Source: a phage. From it: 39,315 bases of DNA. A program made the translations under genes and the position numbers. Shown one piece after another: positions 8,513 through 16,909 of this stretch. The notes beneath the pieces were generated by a model. The model saw only the letters and a program-made list of their open reading frames with translations. It had not been told where the DNA came from and did not search any database. Location of the stretch: sequence record PZ445456.1; one strand, 5' to 3'. Position 1 is the first letter of the stretch, and the number at the start of each line of letters is the position of its first letter.

Positions 8513-9070
8513 ATGTTTACTTTCATCACTTCAGTAGGCGCTCTCGTAGCAACCATTCTTGCAGCAACATACTACAACCGTTCAAAGGTATTTCTCACTA
8601 AGCTAATCAAAGAAGAGAAGAACTCTCACGCACTCAAAGAGAGACTTGAAGATGGGTGGCGAGAGAAGCAGGAACTGGCTGGTCGAATCCGTACCTTAGA
8701 GTTCGAACAACAATATGACATGTCGAACCAACGAGAACTCATTGAGCGTCTACGCGCTGAGGCAGTGGAGTACCGCAAGGAACTTAAAGAGGCAAAGAGT
8801 ATCATCCGTGAGTACACACACAGTGACATCACGTCTATCAAGTTTACTGCTCACATCCCGGATGCTGGATGGAAGCGCACTGAGTTCAAGCTAGGTATAG
8901 GGTCTTGCGGCAAAGAGGTTACGTGTTTGCACTGGAAAGAACAGTCGGACCGCTACCTGCTGACACAGACGTGCACTGATGGTGAGCGCAAAGAGTTCAC
9001 CTATTATAAGAAAGACGTAGCTGGTTGCATTGAGATTGCACGTAAGGTTGCAGACAATACGACTCACTAA
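8513..9070 (+). CDS. Membrane-anchored coiled-coil protein with Cys-containing C-terminal domain, 185 aa, function unknown
   Basis: RBS GAGGAAACATAATC-ATG; N-terminal TM helix FTFITSVGALVATILAATYY, predicted coiled coil (aa ~30-100, KE/RE-rich), C-terminal domain with 4 Cys; no T7 homologue recognised at this position. Confidence 0.7.
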   Translation: MFTFITSVGALVATILAATYYNRSKVFLTKLIKEEKNSHALKERLEDGWREKQELAGRIRTLEFEQQYDMSNQRELIERLRAEAVEYRKELKEAKSIIREYTHSDITSIKFTAHIPDAGWKRTEFKLGIGSCGKEVTCLHWKEQSDRYLLTQTCTDGERKEFTYYKKDVAGCIEIARKVADNTTH

Positions 9071-9077
9071 TGGGAAA
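9055..9077 (+). promoter_or_regulatory. Phage RNAP promoter (phi1.1B-equivalent), embedded in the 3' end of the preceding ORF
   Basis: CAATACGACTCACTAATGGGAAA; the promoter codons encode the C-terminal NTTH-stop of ORF 8513..9070. Confidence 0.6.
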
Positions 9078-9087
9078 CACTGAAAGT

Positions 9088-9129
9088 TAAACTCAAGGTC
9101 ATCTACATGGTGGCCTTCATGATTAACTG
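9088..9129 (+). promoter_or_regulatory. RNase III-type processing hairpin (R1.1-like), copy 1 of 3
   Basis: TAAACTCAAGGTCATCTACATGGTGGCCTTCATGATTAACTG; upper stem AAGGTCA/TGGCCTT, lower stem AGTTAA/TTAACT with internal loop; resembles T7 R1.1 as recalled. Confidence 0.55.
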
Positions 9130-9159
9130 TCAACGATACTACCAAGAGGAAATAACATT

Positions 9160-9309
9160 ATGCGTACCAACTTTGAACCAACCACTAAGCGCAACAACGT
9201 CATCAACGAACACGGTGCTGAATGGCAGGAACGTAAAGACCGCATGAAGAAACGCCACAAGACAAAGCGTGGTAACTCTGAGAAACGTAACTGGAAGGAG
9301 GCACTCTAA
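9160..9309 (+). CDS. 1.1: Gene 1.1 small basic protein, 49 aa
   Basis: MRTNFEPTTKRNN...RKDRMKKRHKTKRGNSEKRNWKEAL; basic like T7 gp1.1 (MRNFEKMTKRSNRN...); stop overlaps the gene 1.2 start (TAATG). Confidence 0.6.
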   Translation: MRTNFEPTTKRNNVINEHGAEWQERKDRMKKRHKTKRGNSEKRNWKEAL

Positions 9310-9581
9310 TGGGTCGCTTATATAGTGGTAACTTAATAGCATACAAAGACGCTATCGAACGCCTCAAAGAAGACCACGATGTGAGTGTGGTCGTTGAGAC
9401 TTTCCGCTATGAGAACTATGCGAGGATGCGCTGGGTATCCGGTGAGACTCTTCGAGTGGTCTTACGGAATGGCTTAGTGTTAACCTCTAAGTGTTTCGAA
9501 CAGGACGATGAAGACGTTCGCTGCAATGCACAGACTGAATGGCTTCGTAAGGTACACAGTGACCTGAAGCACTGGAAGTAA
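9309..9581 (+). CDS. 1.2: Gene 1.2 protein (host dGTPase inhibitor family), 90 aa
   Basis: MGRLYSGNLIAYKDA...DEDV..N..TEWL...DLKHWK matches T7 gp1.2 (MGRLYSGNLAAFKAA...QLKDWK). Confidence 0.85.
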   Translation: MGRLYSGNLIAYKDAIERLKEDHDVSVVVETFRYENYARMRWVSGETLRVVLRNGLVLTSKCFEQDDEDVRCNAQTEWLRKVHSDLKHWK

Positions 9582-9601
9582 TACGACTCACTATTGCGAG
9601 A
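9579..9601 (+). promoter_or_regulatory. Phage RNAP promoter (phi1.3-equivalent)
   Basis: TAATACGACTCACTATTGCGAGA; overlaps the gene 1.2 stop codon. Confidence 0.7.
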
Positions 9602-9603
9602 GG

Positions 9604-9647
9604 TAAACTAAAGGTCATCTTCACGGGTGGCCTTTGTGATTAACTTT
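9604..9647 (+). promoter_or_regulatory. RNase III-type processing hairpin (R1.3-like), copy 2 of 3
   Basis: TAAACTAAAGGTCATCTTCACGGGTGGCCTTTGTGATTAACTTT; near-identical to the 9088 and 16397 copies. Confidence 0.55.
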
Positions 9648-9686
9648 GCTTAAACATTAACCAATACACACTAAAGGAGTTCCATC

Positions 9687-10727
9687 ATGGAAATCACATT
9701 CAAGACTAACCCTTTTAAAGCTGTATCCTACGTTGAGTCTGCCATTAAGAAAGCACTCGACAAGGCTGGCTACCTGATTGCTGACACTAAGCATGATGGC
9801 GTACGTGGTAACATCGTGGTTGACAATACGGCTGACTGCCTGTGGCTGTCCCGTGTCTCCAAGACCATCCCCGCGCTTGAGCACCTTAACGGGTTCGACC
9901 AACGCTGGGCTAATGTTCTCAAAGATGACCGCTGGATTTTCCCTGATGGCTTTATGCTGGATGGCGAACTCATGGTCAAAGGCGTAGACTTCAACACAGG
10001 GTCTGGCCTACTGCGTACCAAGTGGCTCAAGAAGACAAACTGTGGATTTGATATTGGTGGAGTAGAACCTCTCAAGGGTAGTAAAGTAGACTTCTGCTTA
10101 GACCCTAAGAAACTCAAGGTTGTCTTGTATGCTGCTATGCCGTATCACGATATGGTAGAAGGCAAAGAGTACGGCGTTATGTCCCTCCTGATGCAAGAGC
10201 ATGTGCGTTCCCTCATTCCGGTTCTTAGTGAACACTTCCCGGAAATCACTTGGGAACTCTCTGAGGCCAAAGAAGTCTACGACATGGTAGAACTTCAGGA
10301 ACTCTACGAGAAAGCTCGCGCCGATGGTCATGAAGGTCTTGTTGTCAAAGACCCGCTGGAAGTCTACAAGCGTGGCAAGAAGTCTGGCTGGTGGAAGATG
10401 AAGCCTGAGAATGAGGCTGACGGAGAGGTCATTGGGTATTGCTGGGGTACTCCGGGCTTGGCGAACGAAGGTAAGATTATCGGATTCGAAGTGCTTCTTG
10501 AGAGTGGTCGTGTAGTTAACGCCACAAACATCTCTCGCGCTCTGATGACTGAGTTTACCGAAGCGTACACCAAGTGGGAGACCACTGAGGATGGCATGAA
10601 GCCAGCACCTTATATGAATTGGTCGTGCCAGATTAGCTACATGGAGGAAACTCCTGATGGTTCTCTGCGTCACCCATCGTTCGTCATGTTCCGTGGTGTC
10701 GAGTCAGACCCAACGGTCAAGATGTAA
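9687..10727 (+). CDS. 1.3: ATP-dependent DNA ligase, 346 aa
   Basis: TNPFKAVS.VESAIKKALD.AGYLIA..KHDGVRGNI (adenylation lysine motif), WLSRVSKTIPALEHLNGF, KSGWWKMKPENEADG, CQISYMEETPDGSLRHPSFVMFRG match T7 ligase. Confidence 0.95.
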   Translation: MEITFKTNPFKAVSYVESAIKKALDKAGYLIADTKHDGVRGNIVVDNTADCLWLSRVSKTIPALEHLNGFDQRWANVLKDDRWIFPDGFMLDGELMVKGVDFNTGSGLLRTKWLKKTNCGFDIGGVEPLKGSKVDFCLDPKKLKVVLYAAMPYHDMVEGKEYGVMSLLMQEHVRSLIPVLSEHFPEITWELSEAKEVYDMVELQELYEKARADGHEGLVVKDPLEVYKRGKKSGWWKMKPENEADGEVIGYCWGTPGLANEGKIIGFEVLLESGRVVNATNISRALMTEFTEAYTKWETTEDGMKPAPYMNWSCQISYMEETPDGSLRHPSFVMFRGVESDPTVKM

Positions 10728-10737
10728 ATAAATCAAT

Positions 10738-10771
10738 GGTCAGTCCTTAGCGGGGCTGGCCTTTTGCGTTT
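10738..10771 (+). terminator. Rho-independent terminator after the ligase gene (TE-like early terminator)
   Basis: GGUCAGUCC-UUAGCG-GGGCUGGCC (9-bp stem with 2 G-U pairs) followed by UUUUGCGUUU. Confidence 0.55.
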
Positions 10772-10794
10772 CTATACGACTCACTATGGAGGAA
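10772..10794 (+). promoter_or_regulatory. Variant phage promoter (phi1.5-like, degenerate)
   Basis: CTATACGACTCACTATGGAGGA; matches consensus -15..-2 but deviates at -17, -16 and -1; activity uncertain. Confidence 0.35.
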
Positions 10795-10801
10795 CACCCT
10801 C

Positions 10802-10882
10802 ATGTTATTTCTAATTGTCGCTGTCATTGTTGCCACATTTGCTCTCGTTGTCATTGACGACAATTGCTGGCCTGATTGCTAA
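10802..10882 (+). CDS. Micro-ORF, 26-aa hydrophobic peptide
   Basis: MLFLIVAVIVATFALVVIDDNCWPDC; stop overlaps the next promoter-like element; position of the T7 1.4/1.5 mini-genes. Could be non-coding. Confidence 0.2.
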   Translation: MLFLIVAVIVATFALVVIDDNCWPDC

Positions 10883-10902
10883 TACGACTCACATATGGAG
10901 GA
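10880..10902 (+). promoter_or_regulatory. Variant phage promoter (phi1.6-like)
   Basis: TAATACGACTCACATATGGAGGA; -17..-5 perfect, -4..-2 scrambled (ATA vs TAT). Confidence 0.35.
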
Positions 10903-10909
10903 CACAACT

Positions 10910-11173
10910 ATGTTAAGACTTCACTTCAATAAATCTAATGGCATCTTCTCTGCGCGTGGCTCTGACCGCTCGACCGTTCTGGCCTCTGAGAAACATGCAG
11001 TCATCCCTAAAGTGCTTGGCTCGACCATTGAGTTAGCACCTCGTGTTCACGCTGTAATCACCACTGGCTTATATAAAGAAGCGACCACTGGCTCCCGGCC
11101 TTTCATTCCGGTTCTCGTCACCCGTTTCCCTAAAGTCCGTCTGGTAATTGCTCGTATCAAGGAGGTGTTCTAA
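10910..11173 (+). CDS. Gene 1.6-like protein, 87 aa
   Basis: MLRLHFNKS...RSTVLASEK...PFIPVLVTRFPKVRLVIARIKEVF; resembles T7 gp1.6 as recalled (..VTRFPFVRLLLKRIKEVF); RBS GGAGGA upstream. Confidence 0.65.
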   Translation: MLRLHFNKSNGIFSARGSDRSTVLASEKHAVIPKVLGSTIELAPRVHAVITTGLYKEATTGSRPFIPVLVTRFPKVRLVIARIKEVF

Positions 11174-11616
11174 TGGCTGACCTTCCAAGAGATAAAATCA
11201 TTGAGATTCTTGTGGACAGTAATTCAGATAAGTCTGAGACAGCAACCTGTGTTTCAGGCTTGGAGTGTCCAGATATTAACTGTAAGCAATGTCCTCTGGA
11301 TAACACTGGTGTTACGATAGGGGATATACGAATGCTGGACACACGGGTCAAGCCGAATCCTTCGAAGCAACCACATGATATAGAGGGTGTTCGCAAGCCG
11401 AGCCACTATATGTTGTTTGACGACATTGAGGCTATCGAGGTGATTGCCCGTTCGATGACCCGTGAACAGTTCAAGGGTTACTGCTTAGGGAACATCCTTA
11501 AGTATCGCCTACGTGCTGGTAAGAAATCTGAACTGGCATTCTTAGAGAAGGACATGGCGAAAGCTGGGTTCTATGGTGAACTGTACGAAAAACATAAGGG
11601 CAAGTGCTATGCTTAA
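11173..11616 (+). CDS. Gene 1.7-like protein (DUF3310-type nucleotide kinase family), 147 aa
   Basis: C-terminal HYMLFDDIEAIEVIARSMT..FKGYCLGNILKYRLRAGKK recalls the gp1.7/DUF3310 family; N-terminal Cys cluster C-x7-C-x3-C-x2-C. Family assignment from memory only. Confidence 0.55.
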   Translation: MADLPRDKIIEILVDSNSDKSETATCVSGLECPDINCKQCPLDNTGVTIGDIRMLDTRVKPNPSKQPHDIEGVRKPSHYMLFDDIEAIEVIARSMTREQFKGYCLGNILKYRLRAGKKSELAFLEKDMAKAGFYGELYEKHKGKCYA

Positions 11617-11707
11617 ACCTAGTGAATGGTGTGAACGTATGTTCGAAAAGACGGGCAACGTTGACTACTTAGAGTTATATAATCAGTGGAAGGAGAGAGG
11701 TCAATGA
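11609..11707 (+). CDS. Gene 1.8-like micro-protein, 32 aa
   Basis: [32 protein letters not shown]; overlapping starts/stops couple it to flanking genes (ATGA with gene 2). Confidence 0.35.
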   Translation: MLKPSEWCERMFEKTGNVDYLELYNQWKERGQ

Positions 11708-11895
11708 GCAACTTAAACAAAGGGTCACTTGTAAACGGTGACAAGAAGTTCTTCGCAACGGTCGAAGGCCAAGGCCAATCGTTCGAAGTACCTGTGTTCG
11801 CTGCGTCTCTTGAAGAGGCCAACGAGTTAGCTGAATGGCAGTATGTTCCGGCTGGCTTCGCAGTGACACGCATCCGTCCAGACCGAAAGGTTTAA
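11704..11895 (+). CDS. 2: Gene 2 protein, inhibitor of host RNA polymerase, 63 aa
   Basis: [57 protein letters not shown] matches T7 gp2 (MSNVNTGSL...[18 protein letters not shown]). Confidence 0.9.
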   Translation: MSNLNKGSLVNGDKKFFATVEGQGQSFEVPVFAASLEEANELAEWQYVPAGFAVTRIRPDRKV

Positions 11896-11915
11896 TAGGA
11901 CTCACTATTGGGAGA
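11893..11915 (+). promoter_or_regulatory. Phage RNAP promoter (phi2.5-equivalent)
   Basis: TAATAGGACTCACTATTGGGAGA; single mismatch at -12. Confidence 0.7.
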
Positions 11916-11964
11916 CACATCGTTTCCCGATTTTAACTTTCAGAAACTTTTAAGGAGAAACATC

Positions 11965-12678
11965 ATGGCTTTCAACAAACGTAAAGTATTCACTTCCGCT
12001 CGTGGCGTTGCTGAACCGTATTGCTATCTGGCTAAACCGGACTTCGGTAGCGGTGACTTCAAGAACGAACGTGGTGTCTACAAGGTGTCACTTACTGTAT
12101 CCAACGACGACCCTCGCTGTCAGAAAATGATTGACGAGATTGTCGAAGCCCATGAAGCGGACTATGCTGCTCGTCTCGAAGAGTACGAAGCGAACCCGCC
12201 GAAAGTTGTCAAGGGTAAGAAACCGCTGAAGCCGTATGTTGGCGACATGCCTTTCATGGATAACGAAGACGGAACCACTACGTTCAACTTCAAGTGCTAC
12301 GGTTCGTTCACTGACAAGAAGACTGGTGAGAATAAACCAATCGACTTGGCTATCGTGGACTCCAAGGGCAAGCGCATTCGTGGCGAACGTCCAGCTATCT
12401 CTGGTGGTTCTGAACTGAAAATCAAATACACCCTGTTCCCGTATGGCTGGTCTGCTGTGGCTGGTGCAAGCGTTAAGCTGCAACTGGATTCCGTGATGCT
12501 GATTAAGCTGGTCGAGTTCGGTGGTGGTGGTGGTGATGACGATTGGTCAGACGAAATCGAAGAAGACGGTTACGAAGCTGATGAAGCACAGACCCGTCAA
12601 CGTCCGCAGAACGACTCTGGCTGGGACGAAGAACCAGAAGAGGACGATGAAGATGAAGATGAAGACGGTGACTTCTAA
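11965..12678 (+). CDS. 2.5: Single-stranded DNA-binding protein with acidic C-terminal tail, 237 aa
   Basis: FTSARGVAEPYCYLAKPDFG, YKVSLTV..DDPRCQKMIDEIV, KKPLKPY.GDMPF.DNEDGTTTF.FKCY, AGASVKLQLDSVML, C-terminal DEDEDGDF match T7 gp2.5; internal ATG at 11965 with RBS AAGGAGA preferred over the upstream ORF start. Confidence 0.95.
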   Translation: MAFNKRKVFTSARGVAEPYCYLAKPDFGSGDFKNERGVYKVSLTVSNDDPRCQKMIDEIVEAHEADYAARLEEYEANPPKVVKGKKPLKPYVGDMPFMDNEDGTTTFNFKCYGSFTDKKTGENKPIDLAIVDSKGKRIRGERPAISGGSELKIKYTLFPYGWSAVAGASVKLQLDSVMLIKLVEFGGGGGDDDWSDEIEEDGYEADEAQTRQRPQNDSGWDEEPEEDDEDEDEDGDF

Positions 12679-13124
12679 TGGCTAAGGGTTATGCAGGTCG
12701 AGGCACTCGTGTGGGTGCCTTTCGCTCTGGCTTGGAGGATAAGGTAAGCAAGCAACTCGAAGGGAAGAACATTAAGTTCGACTACGAGCGCTGGCGTGTA
12801 CCATATGTTGTTCCTGCAAGCAACCATACATATTGCCCGGACTTCCTGTTACCTAATGGCATCTTTGTGGAAACAAAGGGTCTGTGGGATAGTGATGACC
12901 GCAAGAAACACTTACTGATTCGTGAACAGTATCCTGAACTTGATGTGCGCATCGTGTTCTCTTCAAGTCGCTCTAAGCTGTACAAAGGGTCTCCGACCAG
13001 TTACGGTGAGTGGTGCGAGAAGCATGGCATTCTGTTTGCTGATAAATTAATTCCAGTTGATTGGCTGAAAGAGCCTTCTAAGGATGTTCCATTCGATAAA
13101 TTTAAAGAGGTGAAGAAGAAATGA
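12678..13124 (+). CDS. 3: Endonuclease I (Holliday junction resolvase), 148 aa
   Basis: VGAFRSGLEDKVSKQLE.K.IKF.YE.W.VPYV.PASNHTY.PDFLLPNGIFVETKGLW.SDDRKKHLLIREQ.PELD.RIVFSSSR.KLYKGSPTSYGE.CEKHGI.FADKLIP match T7 gp3. Confidence 0.95.
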   Translation: MAKGYAGRGTRVGAFRSGLEDKVSKQLEGKNIKFDYERWRVPYVVPASNHTYCPDFLLPNGIFVETKGLWDSDDRKKHLLIREQYPELDVRIVFSSSRSKLYKGSPTSYGEWCEKHGILFADKLIPVDWLKEPSKDVPFDKFKEVKKK

Positions 13125-13576
13125 GTAAGGTACAATTCAAACCACGCGCTGTGACAGAAGCAATCTTTGTCCACTGTAGCGCAACCAAGGCGTCCATGAA
13201 TGTTGGACTGCGTGAAATCCGTCAGTGGCATAAAGAACAGGGCTGGCTTGATGTAGGCTACCACTTCATTATTCGCCGTGATGGTACAATCGAAGAAGGC
13301 CGTCCGGTCGATGTCGTTGGGTCTCATGTGAAAGACTGGAACAGTAAGTCAGTCGGCGTGTGCCTCGTTGGTGGTATCGACGATAAGGGCAGACACGAAG
13401 CTAACTTTACGCCAGCACAGATGCACTCTCTTAAAGAGAAACTGGCAGACCTGCTGGACATGTATCCAGATGCTGAAGTGAAAGCTCACCATGACGTTGC
13501 ACCTAAAGCGTGTCCGTCTTTCAACTTGAGTCGCTGGCTGAAAACTGGCGAATTAGTAACTAGTGATTGGGGTTAA
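13121..13576 (+). CDS. 3.5: Lysozyme (N-acetylmuramoyl-L-alanine amidase, RNAP-binding), 151 aa
   Basis: AIFVHCSATK...REIRQWHKEQGWLDVGYHFII.RDGT.E.GR...VGSH.K..N..S.GVCLVGGIDDKG...ANFTPAQM.SL...HH.VAPKACPSF.L.RW match T7 lysozyme. Confidence 0.95.
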   Translation: MSKVQFKPRAVTEAIFVHCSATKASMNVGLREIRQWHKEQGWLDVGYHFIIRRDGTIEEGRPVDVVGSHVKDWNSKSVGVCLVGGIDDKGRHEANFTPAQMHSLKEKLADLLDMYPDAEVKAHHDVAPKACPSFNLSRWLKTGELVTSDWG

Positions 13577-13580
13577 TACT

Positions 13581-13673
13581 ATGATGATTATTCACGAGAT
13601 GGGCCTGTACGATTTGATTTATCGCCTCGCGTTCATGCTGGCAATGGTCTACATTCTGACCCGCAAGGATTAA
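13581..13673 (+). CDS. Micro-ORF, 30-aa hydrophobic peptide
   Basis: MMIIHEMGLYDLIYRLAFMLAMVYILTRKD; stop overlaps a promoter-like element. Coding status uncertain. Confidence 0.25.
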   Translation: MMIIHEMGLYDLIYRLAFMLAMVYILTRKD

Positions 13674-13693
13674 TAGAACTCACTATGGGAGGA
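13671..13693 (+). promoter_or_regulatory. Variant phage promoter (phi3.8-like)
   Basis: TAATAGAACTCACTATGGGAGGA; deviates at -12, -11 and -1; followed by a GGGAGG..CTCCC leader hairpin. Confidence 0.4.
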
Positions 13694-13744
13694 CCGAAAG
13701 GTTTCTCCCTTTGTTCGCTTAAAATTGTATAAGGAGTAACCACT

Positions 13745-15552
<1,808 letters not shown>

Positions 15553-15617
15553 TAGCCATTGGGTAGACCAGTGGGAAGAACTGAACGAGCGCGAACAGGC
15601 GCTCTACAGAAAGCAAT

Positions 15618-15640
15618 CAATACAACTCACTAATGGGACA
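15618..15640 (+). promoter_or_regulatory. Phage RNAP promoter (phi4.3-like variant)
   Basis: CAATACAACTCACTAATGGGACA; lies in the overlap/gap before gene 4.3. Confidence 0.45.
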
Positions 15641-15683
15641 GACACTCTGTTCCCACTTATCAATCCACTTAAGGAGAATCACA

Positions 15684-15896
15684 ATGTTTAAATTCATCAA
15701 CACTCTTGGTAAGCTGGTAGTTAAAATGTACTTCCGTGAAGCTAAACGTCTGAACGACAAGGCACGTAAGGATGCAGAACAGGCTCAACGCTTGGCGAAA
15801 CATGCACGTCTACTGTCTGAAGATGCAAGTGCTGGCGTTACGTCTGCTGCTAAGATTGCAGCGAAAGCAACCGACCTGAACAAGTTCTTCCTGTGA
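15684..15896 (+). CDS. Gene 4.3-like protein, 70 aa
   Basis: MFKFINTLGKLVVKMYFREAKRLNDKARKDAEQ...; RBS AAGGAGAATCACA-ATG; resembles T7 gp4.3 as recalled (same length, EAKRLNDEARK). Confidence 0.65.
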   Translation: MFKFINTLGKLVVKMYFREAKRLNDKARKDAEQAQRLAKHARLLSEDASAGVTSAAKIAAKATDLNKFFL

Positions 15897-16075
15897 TGGT
15901 TACGATAACCCTTGTGCTCACTCTGATAACTGTGAGCGGACAAACAATAAGTCAAGTCCCTATCACGGCACCAAAGGCTGAGGCATACGAGATATGCGAA
16001 CAACAAGGGCGCTCGTGGTCTAAGGACTTGATGAAGAACGGCAGGGTTTTCACTGCCAACTACAACTGTATCTAA
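15893..16075 (+). CDS. Small protein with signal-peptide-like N-terminus, 60 aa
   Basis: ATGA overlap with the 4.3 stop; MMVTITLVLTLITVSGQTISQVPITAPKAEAYEICEQQGRSW...; no T7 counterpart recognised. Confidence 0.4.
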   Translation: MMVTITLVLTLITVSGQTISQVPITAPKAEAYEICEQQGRSWSKDLMKNGRVFTANYNCI

Positions 16076-16089
16076 TAGGAGTACACAAC

Positions 16090-16392
16090 ATGGCTATTAA
16101 ATTCCCCGGCAACACAATCCGTCTGTCCGACACCATCGACCAGTATGTTCGTCGAGTGCACATCAACGTTCGAAACGGCAAGGTCACTTTGGTCTACCGC
16201 TGGAAGGACAGTAAGTCCACCAAGGCGCACACACAGCGTGTGACTCTGGATGACACACAGGCAGGTCGTCTGCTGGCCTCCGTTGCCGTAGCCGCTACTG
16301 TGGCTGTAGGTGAAGACAATGTTCGTCAGGTTCTGCTGGGTAAGACCGTAGAGTCTGAGGGCAACATGCTTGCTGACAAGTGTGAAGAATAA
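16090..16392 (+). CDS. Hypothetical protein, 100 aa (gene 4.5 position)
   Basis: RBS AGGAGTACACAAC-ATG; between 4.3 and the R4.7-like hairpin, where T7 carries gene 4.5; no sequence homology confirmed. Confidence 0.55.
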   Translation: MAIKFPGNTIRLSDTIDQYVRRVHINVRNGKVTLVYRWKDSKSTKAHTQRVTLDDTQAGRLLASVAVAATVAVGEDNVRQVLLGKTVESEGNMLADKCEE

Positions 16393-16396
16393 GAGT

Positions 16397-16440
16397 TAAA
16401 CTAAAGGTCATCTACATGGTGGCCTTCGTGATTAACTTTT
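16397..16440 (+). promoter_or_regulatory. RNase III-type processing hairpin (R4.7-like), copy 3 of 3
   Basis: TAAACTAAAGGTCATCTACATGGTGGCCTTCGTGATTAACTTTT; near-identical to the copies at 9088 and 9604. Confidence 0.55.
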
Positions 16441-16449
16441 GTATGAAAT

Positions 16450-16472
16450 CTATTCAACTCACTAATGGGAGA
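16450..16472 (+). promoter_or_regulatory. Phage RNAP promoter (phi4.7-like variant)
   Basis: CTATTCAACTCACTAATGGGAGA; core -10..+6 conserved, upstream part divergent. Confidence 0.4.
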
Positions 16473-16480
16473 ACAACACT

Positions 16481-16897
16481 ATGCGTAATCGTAATGTAAT
16501 CGAAGCTGAAATCGCTAAACTGGAAGCTGAACTGGCAGACGTTAAAGAGTATGAATGTGCTCGTGACTCCGCTGTCCACATCCTGAAGAACTTAGGATGG
16601 ACCCGCAAGTATGGCAAGTGGGTCAAACCAGTAACCAATAGTGGTAGCGTTGGTATGCAGACTTTCGACGCAAACAAGATGACCCACATTAAGGCTGGGG
16701 ACTTCTGCACCTCCACCAGCAACGCAGACATTTGGTATGTCCGTAAGGTCGATGGGACAGACATTTGGTGCTCCCGTGTGACTCGCATTGATGCAATGGG
16801 TACAGTCGCTGGGATTCAGTATCACAAGATGAACCACAAGAACCTGCGTGTGGTTGACCCTAAGAACTTCATGGGCTACCGCAAATCTACATTTTAA
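16481..16897 (+). CDS. Gene 4.7-like protein, 138 aa
   Basis: Size and position (after the R4.7-like site, before gene 5) match T7 gp4.7 (135 aa); no catalytic motif recognised. Confidence 0.6.
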   Translation: MRNRNVIEAEIAKLEAELADVKEYECARDSAVHILKNLGWTRKYGKWVKPVTNSGSVGMQTFDANKMTHIKAGDFCTSTSNADIWYVRKVDGTDIWCSRVTRIDAMGTVAGIQYHKMNHKNLRVVDPKNFMGYRKSTF

Positions 16898-16909
16898 GGA
16901 GCAAACACA

